NCBI GenBank assembly: GCA_017432385.1
Contig: JAFRJH010000154.1
Coordinates: forward strand, 1 to 38,812
Source of the DNA: Kiritimatiellia bacterium
GTDB lineage: Bacteria > Verrucomicrobiota > Kiritimatiellia > RFP12 > UBA1067
Direction: 5' to 3'
Length of the DNA: 38,812 nt
This document shows, one piece after another, positions 34,834-38,812 of this stretch (position 1 is the stretch's first letter; the number at the start of each line of letters is the position of its first letter). The position numbers and the translations under genes were made by a program. The notes under the pieces were generated by a model. That model was given only the letters and a program-made list of their open reading frames with translations. It ran no database searches and was not told the origin of the DNA.

Positions 34834-36954
34834 GTGAAGCAGGGCGCGGGTACGCTCGTCGCCTCGGCCATCTCCAGCTACACGGGCGACTTCACGCTCG
34901 AGGGCGGCGTCTTCAACGTCGGCGTCAAGAACGGAGCGGGCAAGGACAAGTTCGCCAACACGGTCTACGTCGGGCCGGGCGCGTCGCTCCAGTTCTCCGG
35001 CGCGGCGAACAACATCATGGACGGCAAGAAGCTCGTCTTCGAGGGCGCCGCGGCCTCCAACGCCCCCGGCGGCGGCAAGTTCTTCAACACCGGCGGCTGG
35101 GTCACCATCGGCACCAACATGACGTTCACGCTCAGGAGCGACACGAAGTTCTCCTGCGCCTGCTGGAACCGCCTGATAGTCAAGGACGCCGTCGTCGACA
35201 TGCAGGGCCACGACCTCTCGCTCGCCGCCGCACCCGGCAACCAGATCGAGTTCAGCTCGACGACCTTCCGCAACCCCGGCAACATCACCGCCCTCGGAAG
35301 CATGGCGTTCGTCCAGGCGTCCGGGCACAGCGTCTTCGAGGAGCCCGGAGCAGGCGCGGGGGAGATCCGGCTCAGGAACAGCGCGTCGTACAACGGCTAC
35401 GGCACGGTCTCCGCGTCCGCCTGGAGGATCGTCGCGACCAACTCCGGCGCGAAGGTCGTGTCGAACTCGAACAGGTTCCCCGGCGACTCCGTCAACGCGA
35501 TGTGGAACGGATCTATAGACTTCGGCAAGAACGGCTCCGCCGCGTTCGTCAACTACAACGGCGGCAGCGGAAGCACGAAGGTCTCCAACACTGTCTTCAA
35601 CGTGAAGGGACCTCTCTCCGGCTCCGGAAAGCTCACGGTGGGCCCCGGCTGGCTCAACCTCCACACATCCGACAACAACACGTATTCCGGCGCCGTCGTA
35701 GTGAGGGGCCAGACGGTCTACGGCTCGTCCGCAATCGACTACCCGATTCTCCCTGGCGGAGGCGGAATCGGACTCTGGAACGGCGCGGCGTGCTTCCCGA
35801 ACGCGTCTTCGATCACGTTCACCAACACGGCGCGCCTCGCGTTCATGGACAATACGGCGTGCTCCGTCCCGAACGTGAAGTTCATAGCTCTCGCCGGCGA
35901 GACGCAGTCCGTCTCAGGCGGCGTCCATGCCGCTCGCTCGACGATGGCCGGATTCGTGAAGGAAGGCGCGGGTGCGCTCCTCATCGACTCGCCCGTCTCC
36001 GTCACGGGACTTGCCGACGTTAAGGGCGGCACACTCAAGATTGCTTTCCGCAGCGACACGTCCGCCCAGACGCAGGAGGCGATGCTCGAGCCGATGCCGC
36101 AGTTTGCCGGACTCAGGTTCGCGCCCGGCACCACGCTCGACCTTTCGGACAACGTCGGCATGTTGCTTGGCGACTTGGAGGGCTCGCCCGTTGTGACGAA
36201 CTCGGGCATGTTCGGCATCGGCGGCAAGTGGACGCTGACAACTCCCGGCGGCAAGCTCGACGTTGCCGGACAGAACGCCATGGGCGGCGAGGCCGCGGGC
36301 GTCCTCTGCTTCCTGCCCGGGGCGACGTTCGACCTCGCGGACGAGGCGGCGTTCAGGACCGCGGTTGCGGCTGCCGGGCCTGACGGACTCCTGGTCGCGG
36401 AGGCAAACTGGATACTCGACCCTTCGAACGAGCAGCTGCAGGGAAGCGTCGCCCTGCCTTCGCCCGCTCAGTCGCTGGGTGCGGGCTGGTCGATGTCCAT
36501 CGGCAAGGGGCGCGGCGACGACTATGCGGGAAGGGGCCTTTACCTTCGCTACAGCGACCCGTCAGCCAGCGGCGAGGCGGCGTGGATCGCCGGGACGGGC
36601 ATCACCGGACCTGCCGCCGCGGCGGACAAGGTGACGAACGGCATCGCGAACGGAGTCAGGTATGCCTTCGACATCGACCCCGCGACGTCGGAGATCGGTA
36701 CGCCGATTATCCAGGTCGTTCGCGACGCGAACGGCAATCCGTCCGTCCTGTCGCGCGACCTCGCGACAGGGCGCGACGACGTCACCTTAGGCATCCTTGC
36801 GACGCCCGACCTCACGGACTGGAGCAACGCGACGCTTGTCCATATGAAGAAGTTCGCGACTGACGGCCTCTGGCGTCCGACCGCGAGCGAGTCCTCGGGC
36901 TACGTCTTCCCGTCTCAGATGTTCTTCAAGTACACGATCGACATCCAGCAGTAG
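34834..36954 (+). CDS. autotransporter-associated beta-strand (PATR-type) repeat protein; probably the C-terminal continuation of the preceding ORF
   Basis: Repeats of the K.G.GTL.L....Y.G.T.V..G.L type (VKQGAGTLVAS..YTGDFTLEGGVFNV; FVKEGAGALLID...VKGGTLKI). No signal peptide, no ATG start and no Shine-Dalgarno. The frame is open back to 34681, immediately after the upstream TAG. Confidence 0.6.
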   Translation: MKQGAGTLVASAISSYTGDFTLEGGVFNVGVKNGAGKDKFANTVYVGPGASLQFSGAANNIMDGKKLVFEGAAASNAPGGGKFFNTGGWVTIGTNMTFTLRSDTKFSCACWNRLIVKDAVVDMQGHDLSLAAAPGNQIEFSSTTFRNPGNITALGSMAFVQASGHSVFEEPGAGAGEIRLRNSASYNGYGTVSASAWRIVATNSGAKVVSNSNRFPGDSVNAMWNGSIDFGKNGSAAFVNYNGGSGSTKVSNTVFNVKGPLSGSGKLTVGPGWLNLHTSDNNTYSGAVVVRGQTVYGSSAIDYPILPGGGGIGLWNGAACFPNASSITFTNTARLAFMDNTACSVPNVKFIALAGETQSVSGGVHAARSTMAGFVKEGAGALLIDSPVSVTGLADVKGGTLKIAFRSDTSAQTQEAMLEPMPQFAGLRFAPGTTLDLSDNVGMLLGDLEGSPVVTNSGMFGIGGKWTLTTPGGKLDVAGQNAMGGEAAGVLCFLPGATFDLADEAAFRTAVAAAGPDGLLVAEANWILDPSNEQLQGSVALPSPAQSLGAGWSMSIGKGRGDDYAGRGLYLRYSDPSASGEAAWIAGTGITGPAAAADKVTNGIANGVRYAFDIDPATSEIGTPIIQVVRDANGNPSVLSRDLATGRDDVTLGILATPDLTDWSNATLVHMKKFATDGLWRPTASESSGYVFPSQMFFKYTIDIQQ

Positions 36955-36996
36955 CAGAAAGTTGACGTATCAACTGCTCCGTGCCAGCGCAGGCTG

Positions 36997-37005
36997 TGGT
37001 AAAGT
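36997..37005 (+). promoter_or_regulatory. extended -10 element (TGGTAAAGT) immediately upstream of the GH5 gene
   Basis: TGnTAAAGT at 36997-37005. Only 6 nt separate it from ATG-37012 and no Shine-Dalgarno is present. Confidence 0.4.
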
Positions 37006-37011
37006 AACTTT

Positions 37012-38812
37012 ATGAAAACAATTTATTCGTCCGTTGCCGCCGTGTTAGCGCTCTGCGCGGCGCAGGCTTTCTCTGCCACGCACACCGAAGTCACGAAAGC
37101 CCCGCGCCTGCCGTTCATGCGCGGCATTAACTTCGACGGGTACTTCCAGTGGCGGAACGACTCGAAGCCGCGGGACGCAAACACCTATTCGAACCTCGTG
37201 GCCAAAGGCTTCGACCACGTCCGGCTTCCGATCGACTTCCGTCACTTCTGCACATACGACAGCAACACCAAGACCGTCACGTTCGTCGACACCTATGCCA
37301 ATGGGTGGGGAGGGTCGGATAGCCAGTGGGCGTCTTCGTCGAAGTCGCGCCCGATCAGCTACATCGACCAGGCGATCGACCTCGCGGAACAGTACGGGAT
37401 GTACATCTACATCGACGGCACCCACGGGTGGAAGGACGATCTCTATCCGACCGACGCGGACTGCACAAACCGATTCATCGCCATCTGGAAGGCCGTCGCC
37501 GACCGCTACAAGAACCGCTCCAACAAGGTCATTTTCGAGCTCATGAGCGAGCAGGGTAACGATTTCAGCGGTTTCAACACGCTGCACAGGAACACGATCA
37601 AGGAAATCCGCAAGGTGGATCCGACGCGCCTCATCCTCTTCTCTTCGCACGACGGGAGCCAGCCCTGGGTGCTGACGCAGGCTGCAAATCCGCCGAAATT
37701 CACCTGGATCGGGCTGCCCCAGAACGACAACAACATCGCGGTCGCAGTCCACTGCTACAATCCCGGCGAATTCACGCACCAGGGCGTGACCTGGTCGTCT
37801 GGCCATAGTGCAACGAACATTCCGTTCTCCAACAGCCACCGCGCCACGCTCAACCAGGACCTCAAGTGGTGCGAGCAGTGGCTGAACGGAACCGGCGTTC
37901 CGATCGTCATGAACGAGTACAACGTCGAGAACAAGGTGGCGGCCAAGGCCGACATAACCGAGTACCTTTCGATAGTCACCGGGTGGTGCGAGGAGCATAA
38001 GACGCCGTGGGCGCCGTGGATTTACTATTCCGGCGGCGGCATGGACTGCTTCGACAGATACGGCCAGCTGCTCAGCTACATCAAGCCAGGGCTCTTCCCG
38101 AACCTGAAGCCGACGGACGAATATTCGGCGTCCGACTTCGCCCACTACGCCGAGGTGACGTTTTCCGGCTACGCGGGCTCGTCCGCCCTCGCCAACTTCC
38201 CGGTCCTCGTGAAGCTCTCCGAGCGGCTAAACGGTTTCCGCTACGCGGATTTCCAGAGGAAGGACGGACTTGACCTCTGCTTTACCGACGCGAACGGCAA
38301 GCTCCTCGCGCACGAGATCGACACCTGGAACACGAACGGGGTCTCGACTGTGTGGGTGAAGGTGCCTTCGCTTACGTCCTCCACGAAGATCATCGCGCGC
38401 TACGGCTGCGCGAAGCCGATCGTCCCGAAGGTGGAGAGCGTGTGGGACTCGGACTACGTCGCTGTCTGGCACATGGGCGAACCGAAGCTCCCGCTCGCGG
38501 ACTCGAGCAACGTCTCGCGCGACCTGACCGCGGCCGACGGATCGGGAATCGGCTACGGCGTCGCCGGCGTAGCCGGGAAGTCGGTAGACTTCGGCTCGGC
38601 CGGTGGCGCGCGCGGACTCTTCGCGGACGACCACGCCAACCTCGACGGACACGCCAAGCTGACAGTCGAGGCGTGGACGTACCAGAAGACCCACGGAACG
38701 AATGCTGGCATCGTCTCGAAGCGCAAGTCCGCCGGCAGCCAGATGTCGTACTACATGTTCGACAACGGCAGCGGCACGACGATGAGCTATTCGACCAACG
38801 GAAGCGCCAGCG
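37012..38812 (+). CDS. secreted GH5-family glycoside hydrolase fused to DUF2341 and LamG (3' partial, runs off the window)
   Basis: Absent from the ORF track because it has no stop in the window; translated by hand. Signal peptide MKTIYSSVAAVLALCAAQAFSA. GH5 pattern: GFDHVRLPI, VIFELMSEQ (acid/base strand), AVHCYNPGEFTHQG, IVMNEYN (nucleophile strand). Then DUF2341 (FPVLVKLS...HEIDTWNTNGVSTVWVKVP) and the start of a LamG domain. Confidence 0.8.
   Translation, partial: MKTIYSSVAAVLALCAAQAFSATHTEVTKAPRLPFMRGINFDGYFQWRNDSKPRDANTYSNLVAKGFDHVRLPIDFRHFCTYDSNTKTVTFVDTYANGWGGSDSQWASSSKSRPISYIDQAIDLAEQYGMYIYIDGTHGWKDDLYPTDADCTNRFIAIWKAVADRYKNRSNKVIFELMSEQGNDFSGFNTLHRNTIKEIRKVDPTRLILFSSHDGSQPWVLTQAANPPKFTWIGLPQNDNNIAVAVHCYNPGEFTHQGVTWSSGHSATNIPFSNSHRATLNQDLKWCEQWLNGTGVPIVMNEYNVENKVAAKADITEYLSIVTGWCEEHKTPWAPWIYYSGGGMDCFDRYGQLLSYIKPGLFPNLKPTDEYSASDFAHYAEVTFSGYAGSSALANFPVLVKLSERLNGFRYADFQRKDGLDLCFTDANGKLLAHEIDTWNTNGVSTVWVKVPSLTSSTKIIARYGCAKPIVPKVESVWDSDYVAVWHMGEPKLPLADSSNVSRDLTAADGSGIGYGVAGVAGKSVDFGSAGGARGLFADDHANLDGHAKLTVEAWTYQKTHGTNAGIVSKRKSAGSQMSYYMFDNGSGTTMSYSTNGSAS
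38311..38366 (+). repeat. DNA-level copy 2 of the conserved DUF2341 core (paired with 32830-32885)
   Basis: See copy 1. It lies within a roughly 600-nt paralogous DUF2341-LamG module. Confidence 0.8.

Overview
GC-rich bacterial chromosomal segment. Codon third positions are overwhelmingly G/C, and promoters stand out as short AT-rich islands. The domain families present (DUF1549/DUF1553, BspA-type LRR, DUF2341+LamG, autotransporter-associated beta-strand repeats) suggest a PVC-superphylum organism such as Lentisphaerota, Kiritimatiellota or Verrucomicrobiota; this is inference only. 24 of 26 called genes are on the + strand.

Gene order:
- A truncated division/cell-wall cluster: mraZ-rsmH-ftsL-ftsI.
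- A TolC/MacA/MacB-type tripartite efflux operon.
- A small secreted protein and a Gpt-like phosphoribosyltransferase.
- valS, an orphan iorA, and rlmI.
- A minus-strand PHP-DRTGG pair.
- A RidA/YjgF-fold protein and a DUF1549/DUF1553 protein.
- A tightly packed 8-gene array: coiled-coil porin, three different Na+-coupled amino-acid symporters (NSS, PutP, AGCS), a membrane-anchored tandem CbbX/SpoVK-type AAA+ ATPase, a NusG paralog, and a CocE/NonD peptidase-like hydrolase.
- A cluster of secreted glycan-active or adhesin-like proteins: a clan GH-A hydrolase, a giant LRR-DUF2341-LamG-esterase protein, a beta-helix repeat ORF, and a GH5-DUF2341-LamG protein that runs off the window.

No rRNA, tRNA, CRISPR array, transposase or integrase was recognised.

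Most notable observations:
- A single in-frame TAG separates the giant esterase-containing ORF from the signal-less beta-helix ORF.
- The membrane-anchored double AAA+ protein and the specialised NusG paralog sit inside the transporter array.
- A 10-bp-periodic GTGTCA repeat array lies over the mraZ promoter.
- Several genes have an extended -10 box 6-7 nt from the start codon, which looks leaderless.
- Three in-frame patches of atypical codon usage in valS each carry a palindrome.
- A DUF2341-LamG module is duplicated and fused to different catalytic heads.
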